NCBI GenBank assembly: GCA_003166335.1
Contig: PMWA01000067.1
Location: forward strand, 16,939 to 39,447
Source of the DNA: Methanobacterium sp.
GTDB taxonomy: Archaea > Methanobacteriota > Methanobacteria > Methanobacteriales > Methanobacteriaceae
Reading direction: 5' to 3'
Length of the DNA: 22,509 bases
Under the pieces are notes generated by a model. It was given only the letters and a program-made list of their open reading frames with translations. It was not told where the DNA came from and did no database searches. Positions within the stretch are counted from its first letter, which is position 1; every line of letters starts with the position of its first letter. Made by a program: the position numbers and the translations under genes. Of the stretch, positions 11,269 to 20,930 are shown piece by piece.

Positions 11269-11979
11269 TTATTCTCTATTCGTTATTCTTAAATCTGCTA
11301 AATATTTAGCAAATTTTAATGCTCTTATATATCCTTCTACATTTTGCGATCTAGATGTATCCACTAGTATTTCCTTGATTCCCAGGGTTAATGCACCATG
11401 ACTTTTCCCGGAACCTAGAAAAATAAGGGATCTGAATATTAAATTTCCGGAAATACCATCAGGAGCCAGAATAAAGTTTGCATGATCGGCTATTGCATTT
11501 TCTATCAATATATAGTAATGTTTAACAATATATTTATTCCTTGTGATCCTAGATAAAATCTCACCTTGTGCTATGGATTCATCTATCTTACTGCTTCTTC
11601 CAACATCCTCTGCTCTACCGCCAGATAATACTGCTATTTTAGGAACCATACCCATTTTTGGGAGGAGTTCTGTGGCTAATTTTATTATCTGAATTTTCTG
11701 TGATAATAAATCTCCTTCATCAATTCCCACTGGTGCTAAAAAGAATTTATTTCCATCTATTTCTAGTAATGCTGCACGATAAATATTCTCATATTTATGC
11801 TTAATTTCCGCCATTACAATAGAAGCTCCGAGTGATCCCCGTACAAATGCGTCAGCTTCTTCTTTTAAAATTAATTCTGTGAATTCTTCTTCAGAATCCG
11901 TTAAGAATACTGGAAATTCCACCTGGCGTGCTGCTTCCACTATATTTTTATTTTCTCCAACACCAGCTACTATTTTCAT
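11269..11979 (-). CDS. mtxX: Methanogenesis marker protein 4 (MtxX; phosphotransacetylase-like fold)
   Basis: [44 protein letters not shown] and VDTSRS motifs. Confidence 0.9.
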   Translation of the reverse strand: MKIVAGVGENKNIVEAARQVEFPVFLTDSEEEFTELILKEEADAFVRGSLGASIVMAEIKHKYENIYRAALLEIDGNKFFLAPVGIDEGDLLSQKIQIIKLATELLPKMGMVPKIAVLSGGRAEDVGRSSKIDESIAQGEILSRITRNKYIVKHYYILIENAIADHANFILAPDGISGNLIFRSLIFLGSGKSHGALTLGIKEILVDTSRSQNVEGYIRALKFAKYLADLRITNRE

Positions 11980-12050
11980 ATTAATCTTTTAATGCAATTT
12001 ATGAATAATATAAATTAAAAAAAAATGTTGATTTAAATAAACATCATTTT

Positions 12051-13307
12051 TTATATTTTTTTAATTGCTTGCTTCATGGCTTCCAAAGTATTATCTAATT
12101 CAGATTCCTCATGCGTTCGGGATATGAAGCAGCATTCAAACTGAGAGGGAGGTATAAATACACCATTCTTTAAAAGATTATGGAAATACTGGTTAAATAT
12201 TTCAGTATCAGAGGATTTTGCATCCATATAATTATATACATCCTTTTCTGTGAAGTATAATTGAAACATGGAGCTTAAACCCGCTATTTTAAACTCTAAA
12301 TTATGATCTTCCAGTACATCCCTAATTCCATTACGCATATAATTTCCTTTCTGATTTAATTCTTCATAAAAATTATGATTAAGCAATTTCAATGTAGTTA
12401 AACCTGCAGTAATTGATATAGGATTTCCATTGAATGTTCCAGCCTGGTAAACACCACCAAGTGGAGCTAACATCTTCATTAACTCTTTTTTCCCTGCTAA
12501 AGCCCCGATTGGAAATCCGCCACCTAAAATTTTTCCTAAAGTCACCATATCAGGAGTTACTCCAAAATATTCCTGAGCTCCTCCTTCTGCAACTCTAAAC
12601 CCAGTTATAACTTCATCAAATATTAGAACAATATCATTTTCAACAGTTATTTCTCGTAAAAATTTAAGATAACCTTCTTGTGGTGGGATACATCCGACAT
12701 TACCCATCACCGGCTCTACAATGATAGCTGCTATCTCTTGTGATTGTTTTTCGATAAGTTCATTAACGGCTTCTCTAGAATTGAATGGAATCACTAATGT
12801 ATTCATTGTGGTTTCTTCTGGAACTCCTAATGAATCTGGCAATCCCATTGCTCCCGATCCAGATTTAACTAGGACATAATCATGAGCTCCATGATAAGAA
12901 CCTTCAAATTTAACTATCTTTTTTCTTCCCGTGTAGGCTCTAGCCAATCTAACTGCACTCATAGTAGCTTCTGTACCAGAATTCACAAATCTAACCATTT
13001 CAGCACAGGGAATTTTCTTTACAACCAGTTTCGCCAATTCTATCTCTTTTTCAGTAGGTACACCATATGCTGAACCTAATTCAAGTTGTTCTTTAACTGC
13101 TTCTATCACCTCGGGATGAGCGTGGCCCAAAACTAATGGTCCATAGGCTAGGCAGTAATCAATGTAATAATTTTTATCCACATCATAGATGTAGGGGCCT
13201 TCAGATCTTTCCGCAAAGAAAGGATAAGGTTTATAAGCTCTTACAGGAGAGTCAACTCCTCCTGGAAGAAACTTCTTAGCTATTTGAAATAATTCTTCCG
13301 ATTTCAA
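12051..13307 (-). CDS. hemL: Glutamate-1-semialdehyde 2,1-aminomutase
   Basis: [42 protein letters not shown] (PLP lysine), [10 protein letters not shown] and PSQFE motifs; TTG start with GGAG RBS. Confidence 0.97.
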   Translation of the reverse strand: MKSEELFQIAKKFLPGGVDSPVRAYKPYPFFAERSEGPYIYDVDKNYYIDYCLAYGPLVLGHAHPEVIEAVKEQLELGSAYGVPTEKEIELAKLVVKKIPCAEMVRFVNSGTEATMSAVRLARAYTGRKKIVKFEGSYHGAHDYVLVKSGSGAMGLPDSLGVPEETTMNTLVIPFNSREAVNELIEKQSQEIAAIIVEPVMGNVGCIPPQEGYLKFLREITVENDIVLIFDEVITGFRVAEGGAQEYFGVTPDMVTLGKILGGGFPIGALAGKKELMKMLAPLGGVYQAGTFNGNPISITAGLTTLKLLNHNFYEELNQKGNYMRNGIRDVLEDHNLEFKIAGLSSMFQLYFTEKDVYNYMDAKSSDTEIFNQYFHNLLKNGVFIPPSQFECCFISRTHEESELDNTLEAMKQAIKKI

Positions 13308-13349
13308 GTTATCAATACTCCTAAATAAATTTAAAATAAATTTTTTTAG

Positions 13350-14000
13350 CTAAATTAGATTTATTAATGAATTTATAGCAGCTACTGCAACTGGCGTCCC
13401 TCCCTTAGGGCCCTGGGTTATTAAATGAGGGATTGCGGTCTTATGTAGGGCTTCTTTAGATTCTTTGGCACCAACGAAACCTACTGGGACACCAATAACT
13501 GATTGAATCTTCATTTTATTATTTTTGTATAAGTTTAGAACTTCTAGTAATGCTGTTGGGGAATTTCCAATCACTACTATTCCATTAAATTCTGCTGCGG
13601 CTGCAAACTGTATAGCTGCGGCTGCACGGGTTATATCATCCTTTTTGGCAATTTTCAATGTTTCTTCATGATTTATGTAACATTTAACATCCCCGCCGTA
13701 AGAATTGACTCCTGCTTTCACCATGTTAATATCCGTGAGGATGTCTTTACCCTTCCTGAGACTTTTTAAACTTTTTTTTACAAAGTCATTGCTAATTTTA
13801 GTTAAATCAGCGTACTCAGGGTCTGCAGTGGAATGTACAATCCTCTCCACTATGGATCTCTCTTCAGGCGTTAAATGCAAGGTTTTATCTTTTATAAGGG
13901 ATTTTACTATTTTCCTGCTTTTAATAGCTATATCATTACCCTGTTTAGTTGATGCGCCCATTAACATGTTTATCAGTGAATAATTTGTTATTTTACTCAT
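13350..14000 (-). CDS. cbiC: Cobalt-precorrin-8 methylmutase
   Basis: RIVHSTAD, TDINMVKAG, TRAAAA, IGNSPTAL, PVGFVGAKESK and GPKGGTPVAVAAIN motifs. ATG at 14000 or 13967 is more likely than the ORF-track TTG at 14015. Confidence 0.93.
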   Translation of the reverse strand: MSKITNYSLINMLMGASTKQGNDIAIKSRKIVKSLIKDKTLHLTPEERSIVERIVHSTADPEYADLTKISNDFVKKSLKSLRKGKDILTDINMVKAGVNSYGGDVKCYINHEETLKIAKKDDITRAAAAIQFAAAAEFNGIVVIGNSPTALLEVLNLYKNNKMKIQSVIGVPVGFVGAKESKEALHKTAIPHLITQGPKGGTPVAVAAINSLINLI

Positions 14001-14144
14001 AATTATCAACAACAAAAAAAATAAATCAGTTATTACCTTATATATTATTTTTTTATTTATGCTTAAATTCTAAACTTTTATAAATTTATTTTTACTTAAA
14101 TATTCTTATTAATCCCCAAAAAAACTTATTTAAAATAATTATTT

Positions 14145-14369
14145 TTATTGTTTTCTTTTAGTTGCGTCAGTTAATTCATTGATGAACCATATCCAATCTT
14201 CACTATGCATTACTACTACTTTATCACCATTTTTAAATCCCTCAACTTCGCCTGGAGAAATTTTTTTAACAATATCCCCGTTAATTTCCCCTACAAACAT
14301 TCTAAAAGGTTTATCTATCTTAAATTTTATAACGTTCTTTCCAATATCTACTAATTCGTTATTCGACAT
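14145..14369 (-). CDS. Hypothetical 74-aa protein
   Basis: Non-overlapping ORF, co-oriented with its neighbours, with an RBS-like GGGATGA upstream and a natural composition. No recognised motif. Confidence 0.6.
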   Translation of the reverse strand: MSNNELVDIGKNVIKFKIDKPFRMFVGEINGDIVKKISPGEVEGFKNGDKVVVMHSEDWIWFINELTDATKRKQ

Positions 14370-14501
14370 TACAATTCATCCCAAATATCTGATATTCATA
14401 TATTTTTTTATTCTTTTTTTTTAGGAAAAAATTTCGAACAAAAAATGATAAAATTTTATTTATATTATATGAAGATAAAGGGTTTCTGAAAATAAGTTTA
14501 T

Positions 14502-14945
14502 TTAAGAAATTGACTGACCTAATCTTTGTTTCGATTTTTCTACTTCTTCAAACTTCACCACTTCAGTCTTAGCTAAACGATCCAGATAACGCTTACGTGG
14601 ACTTTCAAAGATAAACCCAACAAGTAAATCTACAATCAAAGGCAACCATAAAATCTTGGAGAGATTCCTTATGAAAGCCTTCCTGTAACTCATATCACCA
14701 TTCAGGGATTTAACTTTGAGTTTCATAAGATTTTTACCAGGTGTAACATCATATTTTCCCTCAAAATAAGTGAAGTAAACTATTATAATAAAAGCTAATA
14801 ATAGAAGCCAAAAACCTAAAACTTGAAATGAATTTGTCAAAGCTACCACTGGATATATCAATGCAACTAGAATCCATGAAAACAAAGTTATAATAACTGC
14901 ATCAATTACCAAAGCCATAAATCGTCTGCCCCATGATCCCTGCAT
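14502..14945 (-). CDS. RDD family membrane protein
   Basis: WGRRFMALVID, YFTYFEG...TPGK..MKLKV, AFIRN and R.LDRLAKTEVV motifs. Confidence 0.92.
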   Translation of the reverse strand: MQGSWGRRFMALVIDAVIITLFSWILVALIYPVVALTNSFQVLGFWLLLLAFIIIVYFTYFEGKYDVTPGKNLMKLKVKSLNGDMSYRKAFIRNLSKILWLPLIVDLLVGFIFESPRKRYLDRLAKTEVVKFEEVEKSKQRLGQSIS

Positions 14946-15092
14946 GTTTCACTCTCCAAATAAAAAGTTTATAAAAGATTAATCTAGTTATGTTATTTAA
15001 TCTTTATAAATTTAATATAAAATTTTTATTTTGGACCTCTTTTACTAATATTTATGGACGATTTTAGATGTTCTCTTATGAACTTTTTATTT

Positions 15093-16103
15093 TCAGCATA
15101 CTCGAGGTACCGGATCAGCAATGGGTTCTTCAAGTATTCTTTTACCGCCTACAATTGTATCTAAAATAACATGTCGGTCCTGAGTTACTTCACCTATAAT
15201 CTGGGCTTCTTTCCCGTATTTAGTGCTCCTGATAGCTTGAAGAATTTCCTCAGTCTTATTTTTCTCCACACCCATTATAACTTTTCCTTCATTAGCCACT
15301 TCATAAGGGTCTATTCCCAACATTTCAGAAGCAGCAACTACCTCTCTTTTAAGGGGTATTCTATCTTCATCTATGAGCATTCCTACTCCTGATTTAGAGG
15401 CTAATTCATTAAGGGCATTAGCAATTCCTCCCCTAGTTGGATCTTTCATGGCATCCACCCCACCAACATCTAATGCAGCCTTAACCATTCCCCATACTGG
15501 TGCTACATCTGATTTTAAGTCTGTTTCAAATCCAAATCCCTCACGGTAGGACATTAACGCTATTCCATGGTCTCCTACACTTCCCGTGAGTATGATTTGA
15601 TCACCTACTTTAAGATTAGAATCTCTTTTAACCTCACCTTTTTTTACTATACCAATTCCTGTGGTGGTTATTATAAGTTTATCCAGCTTATCTTTCTCCA
15701 TAACTTTAGTATCTCCAGTAACTATCGCCACATCAACCTCTCTGGAGACAGCATCCATTGATTTAACGATCTTCGTTAGATCCTCGCTCAAGAAACCTTC
15801 ACTTAAAACCATTGCACTGGCTATGGCTAAAGGTTTAGATCCCATTACTGATACATCATTAATAGTCCCAGCCATGGATATTTTTCCAATATCTCCGCCA
15901 GGAAAAAATATAGGATGGATAGTGTGACTGTCCGTGCTGATTATAATTTCATATTCTCCGAAGGGAATGGAAGCCCCGTCATCCAATTCGTCTAAACCTA
16001 CTCCTCCATTCACCTTTTTGTTTTTAATATTTCCAAGTATGATATCTGATATCAAGTCTTGCATTATTTCTCCGCCAGCTCCATGTGACATACCGATTTT
16101 CAT
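15093..16103 (-). CDS. hypE: Hydrogenase maturation carbamoyl dehydratase HypE
   Basis: MSHGAGG, FFPGGDIG, GTINDV, GDTKV, MKDPTRGG, ANEGK and the C-terminal PRVC. Confidence 0.97.
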   Translation of the reverse strand: MKIGMSHGAGGEIMQDLISDIILGNIKNKKVNGGVGLDELDDGASIPFGEYEIIISTDSHTIHPIFFPGGDIGKISMAGTINDVSVMGSKPLAIASAMVLSEGFLSEDLTKIVKSMDAVSREVDVAIVTGDTKVMEKDKLDKLIITTTGIGIVKKGEVKRDSNLKVGDQIILTGSVGDHGIALMSYREGFGFETDLKSDVAPVWGMVKAALDVGGVDAMKDPTRGGIANALNELASKSGVGMLIDEDRIPLKREVVAASEMLGIDPYEVANEGKVIMGVEKNKTEEILQAIRSTKYGKEAQIIGEVTQDRHVILDTIVGGKRILEEPIADPVPRVC

Positions 16104-16605
16104 TAGAAATTCACCTGTTCTGATTAAATTAAACTTTTTATTCTAATATTAACTTTTTATAGAATTAATTTCTTATTCTTAGATTTATATTGGTTAAATT
16201 TTTAATCGATTTTATTTTGCCAAATTTATTTATACCTCAAAATTTTCTTTAAGTGTAAGTTTTTAGGTTTCTAAAAATTATTAAAAAATTTTTAGTAAAA
16301 AAAAATAAGAGTTTATTTTTATATTCTCTATTTAGAGTTTTGAAATTAGAATATATTTAAATATATTCTAATTATATAATTCTTATTAAGATAAGATTAG
16401 GTAATGAAAAGCTTATCCCTTTGAACAGTTAATATAATTTTTACCTATAAAATTTTTAATTTCAGAGAAAAAATATGTTATATTTATATCAATTCTCAAT
16501 TATTACTCATAAATATATTTTGTAGGAAAAAGAATCTTTAATTAACTCTTTATAAATAAAATAGAATTAATATAAAATTTTTTGAACGATTTAGAGGTGA
16601 ATATA

Positions 16606-16986
16606 ATGGCAATATGGCAAGGAAAATCATTAAGAAAATCTACAGGTGGAAGAGGAAAAGCTAACCGAAACAAACGAAAAATCGAATTTGGGAGGGATCC
16701 TGCAGAAACTAAGGTTGGAGAGCGTAAAATTAAAAATATCAGGACTAAAGGTGGAAATAGGAAGATGAGACTCACCAATGATAACCGAATTAATGTGTTA
16801 GATCCTAAAAATAACCAAGTCCAGGTAGTTGAAATAATGGGTGTATTGGAAAACACTGCTAACATCCAATTTGTAAGAAGAAATATTATAAATAAAGGTG
16901 CTATGGTGGAAACTAATCTGGGAAGAGTTAAAGTCACTTCCCGTCCCGGTCAACATGGTATGGTAAATGGTGTACTGGTTGAATGA
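16606..16986 (+). CDS. rps8e: 30S ribosomal protein S8e (eS8)
   Basis: [31 protein letters not shown] and [15 protein letters not shown] motifs. The true start is ATG 16606 after GAGGTGA (16594-16600), not 16582. Confidence 0.97.
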   Translation: MAIWQGKSLRKSTGGRGKANRNKRKIEFGRDPAETKVGERKIKNIRTKGGNRKMRLTNDNRINVLDPKNNQVQVVEIMGVLENTANIQFVRRNIINKGAMVETNLGRVKVTSRPGQHGMVNGVLVE

Positions 16987-17642
16987 GTGAAGTCGATTAT
17001 AAAACGGTGATTACGGACAAGGCGAAGAAATTTCTCGGAGATGTTAATGAGGACCTTCCTGACGGTATGGAACTTAAATTTGAAGGTTTCTTTCAGAGGG
17101 GTTTCTTTGTCACCAAGAAAAGATATGCCCTCATAGCCGATGATAAAATAGTGGTGAAGGGTCTGGAATTAGTGAGGCGAGATTGGGCTCCGGTGGCTAA
17201 AAAAACTCAAGAAAAAGTGTTGATGGCCATTTTAAAAGATGGTTCACCGAAAAAAGCTGCTAAAATCATAAAAACGGTTGTAGAAGATTTAAATAGTGGA
17301 TTAATTCCTCTAGATGATTTAGTGATTCACACTCAACTCACTAAAAATCCAGATGATTATGTTCAGAAAGCTCCCCATGTAATTGCTGCAAGAAAAGCCT
17401 TAAAGAAAGGTTTAAAAGTGGGTCCTGGTTCCATTATAAGATATGTGGTTATTCGGGGAAAAGAACCTATCAACGAAAGGGCAGTACCTTTTGAAAATGT
17501 GGATATTTCCAAGTATGATCCATCTTATTATATTAATAATCAAGTTTTACCCGCTGTTTCTCGGATATTAGATGCTGTAGGTTATTCTAAAGAGGAGATA
17601 CTATACGGGGAAAAGCAGAGTAATCTGGATGCATTTTTTTAA
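16983..17642 (+). CDS. polB2: Small (C-terminal palm/thumb) subunit of a split family-B DNA polymerase
   Basis: [40 protein letters not shown] and [19 protein letters not shown] motifs, with a C-terminal PIP box (KQSNLDAFF). Exonuclease and YGDTD motifs are absent. Confidence 0.92.
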   Translation: MSEVDYKTVITDKAKKFLGDVNEDLPDGMELKFEGFFQRGFFVTKKRYALIADDKIVVKGLELVRRDWAPVAKKTQEKVLMAILKDGSPKKAAKIIKTVVEDLNSGLIPLDDLVIHTQLTKNPDDYVQKAPHVIAARKALKKGLKVGPGSIIRYVVIRGKEPINERAVPFENVDISKYDPSYYINNQVLPAVSRILDAVGYSKEEILYGEKQSNLDAFF

Positions 17643-17848
17643 TTTGAAATACTATTGTAATCAAAATAGATAAAGTAGAAAATGTTTATGGATAAAATTA
17701 TATACTATTATAACTATAATCTCATGAACATGACCGAATTATTTTTTTTGCATTTCATTTTTAATCCCTAAGTAAAATATAAAAAAAATTAAGTTATAAT
17801 TGATGTGTTTTTATATATTTTATTACAAAAATAAAAATGTGAAAAATT

Positions 17849-18529
17849 ATGATAAAAGCTGTTTTTTTTGATATAGATGATACCCTATATGATACATCAG
17901 GTTTCGCCAGATTAGCTAGGAAAGCTGCTATTAATGTGATGATAGATGCAGGGTTGCCATTATCTTCAGATGAAGCTTATAAATTATTAAAGGAGATAAT
18001 AAAAGAAAAAGGCTCAAATTATGATAAACATTTCAATATTTTAACTAGAAGAGTTTTTGGTGAAGAGAAACCTCTACTTATAGCTTTAGGAATGATAACT
18101 TACCATAATGTTAAATTCGCCCTTTTAAGACTATTTCCAAAGACACCTTCTACTTTAATCTATTTGAAAAGTAAAGGATATCATCTGGGAGTTATATCAG
18201 ATGGAATAACTATAAAGCAATGGGAGAAGCTTATAAGACTCGGTTTACATCATTTCTTTGATGAAGTGGTAACCTCTGAGGAGGCTGGAGTGGCGAAGCC
18301 TGATGAGAGGATATTCCAATTAGCACTAAATCGTATGGGATGTCAAGCCAAGAAATCTATTATGATTGGTAACAAATTCAATAAGGACATAGTAGGAGCT
18401 CTTAATATTGGAATGTCTGCCATTCTAGTGAATTCTGAATTAACCCCGGATGAAAAAGAATATCTAGAAGAAAATAATATAGAATTAAATGTAGTATCTA
18501 ACATAGGCGATATTATAGAATTCCTATAA
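17849..18529 (+). CDS. HAD-superfamily hydrolase (archaeal TIGR02253-like)
   Basis: FFDIDDTLYD, GVISDG, QWEKLIRL, KPDERIF and MIGNK..KDI.GA motifs. Confidence 0.92.
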   Translation: MIKAVFFDIDDTLYDTSGFARLARKAAINVMIDAGLPLSSDEAYKLLKEIIKEKGSNYDKHFNILTRRVFGEEKPLLIALGMITYHNVKFALLRLFPKTPSTLIYLKSKGYHLGVISDGITIKQWEKLIRLGLHHFFDEVVTSEEAGVAKPDERIFQLALNRMGCQAKKSIMIGNKFNKDIVGALNIGMSAILVNSELTPDEKEYLEENNIELNVVSNIGDIIEFL

Positions 18530-18613
18530 AAAAATAATTTTACTTTTTATTAACCTAATTTTTTAAATACTTGTTTTATAATCATTTATATAATGAAAAA
18601 CAGGTGATGATTA

Positions 18614-20158
18614 ATGGATTACTATCATGATTCCAAAATGGAAACCATATTTAAAAAACTCAAACAACCACGAACACTGGATGAACTTCAACTCTCAAAA
18701 ACATTTGTAAAAGACTTAATCTTGAAGATTATAGCAAATTATGGTACGGTCAAAAGCAGCATTATAAATGAAGTTACCGGAATACACTGGGATATCATGG
18801 AAGTAATTCTAAGTGAATTAGAAAAGAATGGTTACTGCGCCCCGGTAAGTGGTGGATTTTTATTTTCAAGTATTCAATACACTATAACTAAGAAAGGCCG
18901 AGAAAAAATCCAGGGAATCTCTGAAGAAAATCCATACATTGGCATCGCACCCGTCTCCTATGAACAGTACTTTGAAATCATGGAATCACAGATGAAAAAC
19001 CGTTACCCCGTCAAAATACCCTCCGAAGTAGTGGATAGCACCTTCAGCGAAGTGGTGGGTGTAGAGTATGCTAAACAGTGTTTAATTGAAGCCTGCACTA
19101 TTGGAAAGGGTATATTCGTTTACGGCCATCCAGGAACTGGTAAAACATTTATTGTAAGTAAAATGCCTGATCTTCTCCCACCTCTTATAATCCCTAAATT
19201 TATAGAAGTTAGTGGTAGAGTAATCCAGATTTACGATCAAAATTTTCATAAAAATAGTAGCGAACAACCTCAAGACCCAAGATGGGTTAAAATACACGCC
19301 CCATTTGTTCTTACTGGTTCTGAACTTACCTTAAACAAATTAGAAACCAGATACGATGATAATAAAGGTTTATATGAAAGCTCCCCTATTATAAAAGCTA
19401 ATGGTGGAGTCCTCTTAGTAGATGATTTAGGACGTCAACGTGACGATCATGAAATAATTTTAAACAGACTTATAGTGCCCATGGAAAATAAGAAGGATTT
19501 AATTTATGTTAGAGGAATTCCAGTCATTGTGCACAGTCATTTCATACCTGCCTTCTCCACTAACTTAGATATAAGTATAATGGATGAAGCACATCTTAGA
19601 AGAGCACCTTTACATATCTTCCTTAGAAATCCAGAAGTAGAAGATGTTGTTGAAGTATTTAAGAGAAACCTGGATTATCTTAAAGAATATTATGATGAAG
19701 ATGTATTAGAAAGAATTATGCAAGTTTATGATTCTCCCAGTAAAGGAGGGGAAGGTCTTGAACCCACATTCGCCCATGCACGGGATCTAGCCCAAATCGC
19801 CCAAGCAATACGGATAAATCAAAATAAAGATAAAATTGACGTCCAAATTCTTAATGAATCACTAAAGAGACATGTTTTAATAGTTCTTCAGAAAATGAAT
19901 ATTGATATAGCTCAAATATCGGGTAAAACACGTACATTCAGAGTAAAAACTAATTCACTCGATGAAACTTATCAAGCACTTTATGAGTATAATCCCATTA
20001 GAATCTCCTGTGAATCTGATGCAGTTATCATAGATTTAGAAGATAACGTAACACCTGTTGAAATTGCAGAGTACCTTAAAGAGAAAGGTATCTCAGTAGA
20101 TAAGATTGAAGTTATTGTTGAATCTAAAAAAGAGTTGCGCAAAACAATTCTAGGATAA
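18614..20158 (+). CDS. Uncharacterised AAA+ ATPase with an N-terminal winged-helix domain and a small C-terminal alpha/beta domain
   Basis: Walker A GHPGTGKT, Walker B LLVDDLGRQR, sensor-1 FSTNL and arginine-finger region DEAHLRR. The N-terminus ends in QYTITKKGREK (wHTH wing). GGTGA RBS upstream. Confidence 0.85.
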   Translation: MDYYHDSKMETIFKKLKQPRTLDELQLSKTFVKDLILKIIANYGTVKSSIINEVTGIHWDIMEVILSELEKNGYCAPVSGGFLFSSIQYTITKKGREKIQGISEENPYIGIAPVSYEQYFEIMESQMKNRYPVKIPSEVVDSTFSEVVGVEYAKQCLIEACTIGKGIFVYGHPGTGKTFIVSKMPDLLPPLIIPKFIEVSGRVIQIYDQNFHKNSSEQPQDPRWVKIHAPFVLTGSELTLNKLETRYDDNKGLYESSPIIKANGGVLLVDDLGRQRDDHEIILNRLIVPMENKKDLIYVRGIPVIVHSHFIPAFSTNLDISIMDEAHLRRAPLHIFLRNPEVEDVVEVFKRNLDYLKEYYDEDVLERIMQVYDSPSKGGEGLEPTFAHARDLAQIAQAIRINQNKDKIDVQILNESLKRHVLIVLQKMNIDIAQISGKTRTFRVKTNSLDETYQALYEYNPIRISCESDAVIIDLEDNVTPVEIAEYLKEKGISVDKIEVIVESKKELRKTILG

Positions 20159-20178
20159 GATTAATAAAAAAACTAGAT

Positions 20179-20503
20179 CCAATAAGAGTAAGTAGAGGTG
20201 TAGAATAAGCTTTAAAAAAAAGTTTTTAAAACAATTGGATGACCTTATAATACTGGATTTGAACTACCTAAAAAAGATGGTCGAGAAGTTTTAGCTGAAA
20301 TTAATGAATATCCAAACCTAAAACGTATTCCTGTAGTGGTTTTAACTACATCTAGAGCTGAAGAGGATATAATGAAGGCTTATGAACATCATGCTATTTT
20401 CATCACTAAACCCATTGAGTTAGATAAGTTTTTTGAAGAAGTCAAAAAAATTGAAGAATTCTGGCTCTCCCTCGTAAAACTATCCTCAGAAAAACAAAAT
20501 TAA
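20179..20503 (+). pseudogene. Decayed single-domain response regulator (CheY/Rcp-type receiver)
   Basis: DLIILDLN (20241-20264), then a 1-nt deletion, then PKKDGREVLAEINEYPNLKRIPVVVLTTSRAEEDIMKAYEHHAIFITKPIELDKFFEEVKKIEEFWLSLVKL. Upstream relic RGVE*AL; no start codon or N-terminal LLVED. Confidence 0.9.
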
Positions 20504-20535
20504 TTATCGATATTACTGATCAGGAGTTATAAATT

Positions 20536-20835
20536 ATGGATGATAATGAAAACATATCTAATAAAGAATTTAGAGTTTTTGAAGAAGAAGTTGCTAAGTT
20601 TATTGATGGTTGTTGGGATTCTGTCTATGCTAATGATCAGCTTGATTTTGATCAAATGAACCGAATCAAGTACTTTACTAGTAAATTGAATGATTATGGA
20701 GTTATGAAACTTGATTTTTATGAGAACTGTCAGAGTTATTTAAAGTATTTAACATATTTTAAGGAAGGAAAGTTCTCTGAGAAGGATGAAAAATTTAATG
20801 AATGGGTTGATTTTAAACTGGGTAGAATGATTTAA
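20536..20835 (+). CDS. Hypothetical 99-aa protein (copy 1 of a tandem paralog family)
   Basis: GGAG RBS at 20523-20526; intact ORF; aligns with the two downstream gene relics. Confidence 0.75.
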   Translation: MDDNENISNKEFRVFEEEVAKFIDGCWDSVYANDQLDFDQMNRIKYFTSKLNDYGVMKLDFYENCQSYLKYLTYFKEGKFSEKDEKFNEWVDFKLGRMI

Positions 20836-20930
20836 AATTTCTAATTCTATTTTTTAATTATTTTTATTATTTATACCCCTAAAATGTAGAATAGTTTAAA
20901 TTACTAATTATTAATAACATATAGATTAAA

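Noticed and set aside
16104..16605. 500-nt hypE/rps8e intergenic region as a possible ncRNA (SRP or RNase P RNA) or replication origin
   Set aside because: Extremely AT-rich with no GC-rich stems, ORB-like G-strings or adjacent cdc6. It fits a divergent promoter region.
16983..17642. polB fragment as a pseudogene or split-intein partner
   Set aside because: The ORF is intact with a coupled start and PIP box, has no intein signature, and matches the known two-subunit PolB of Methanobacteriales.
17682..17771. About 29-codon ORF between polB2 and the HAD gene
   Set aside because: No RBS and low-complexity AT-rich sequence; expected by chance.
736..19297. Short antisense or overlapping ORFs (736, 1153, 6561, 7446, 9577, 12882, 13705, 14179, 15171, 15567, 15661, 15934, 16542, 19082)
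   Set aside because: All lie opposite better-supported genes and show no motifs.
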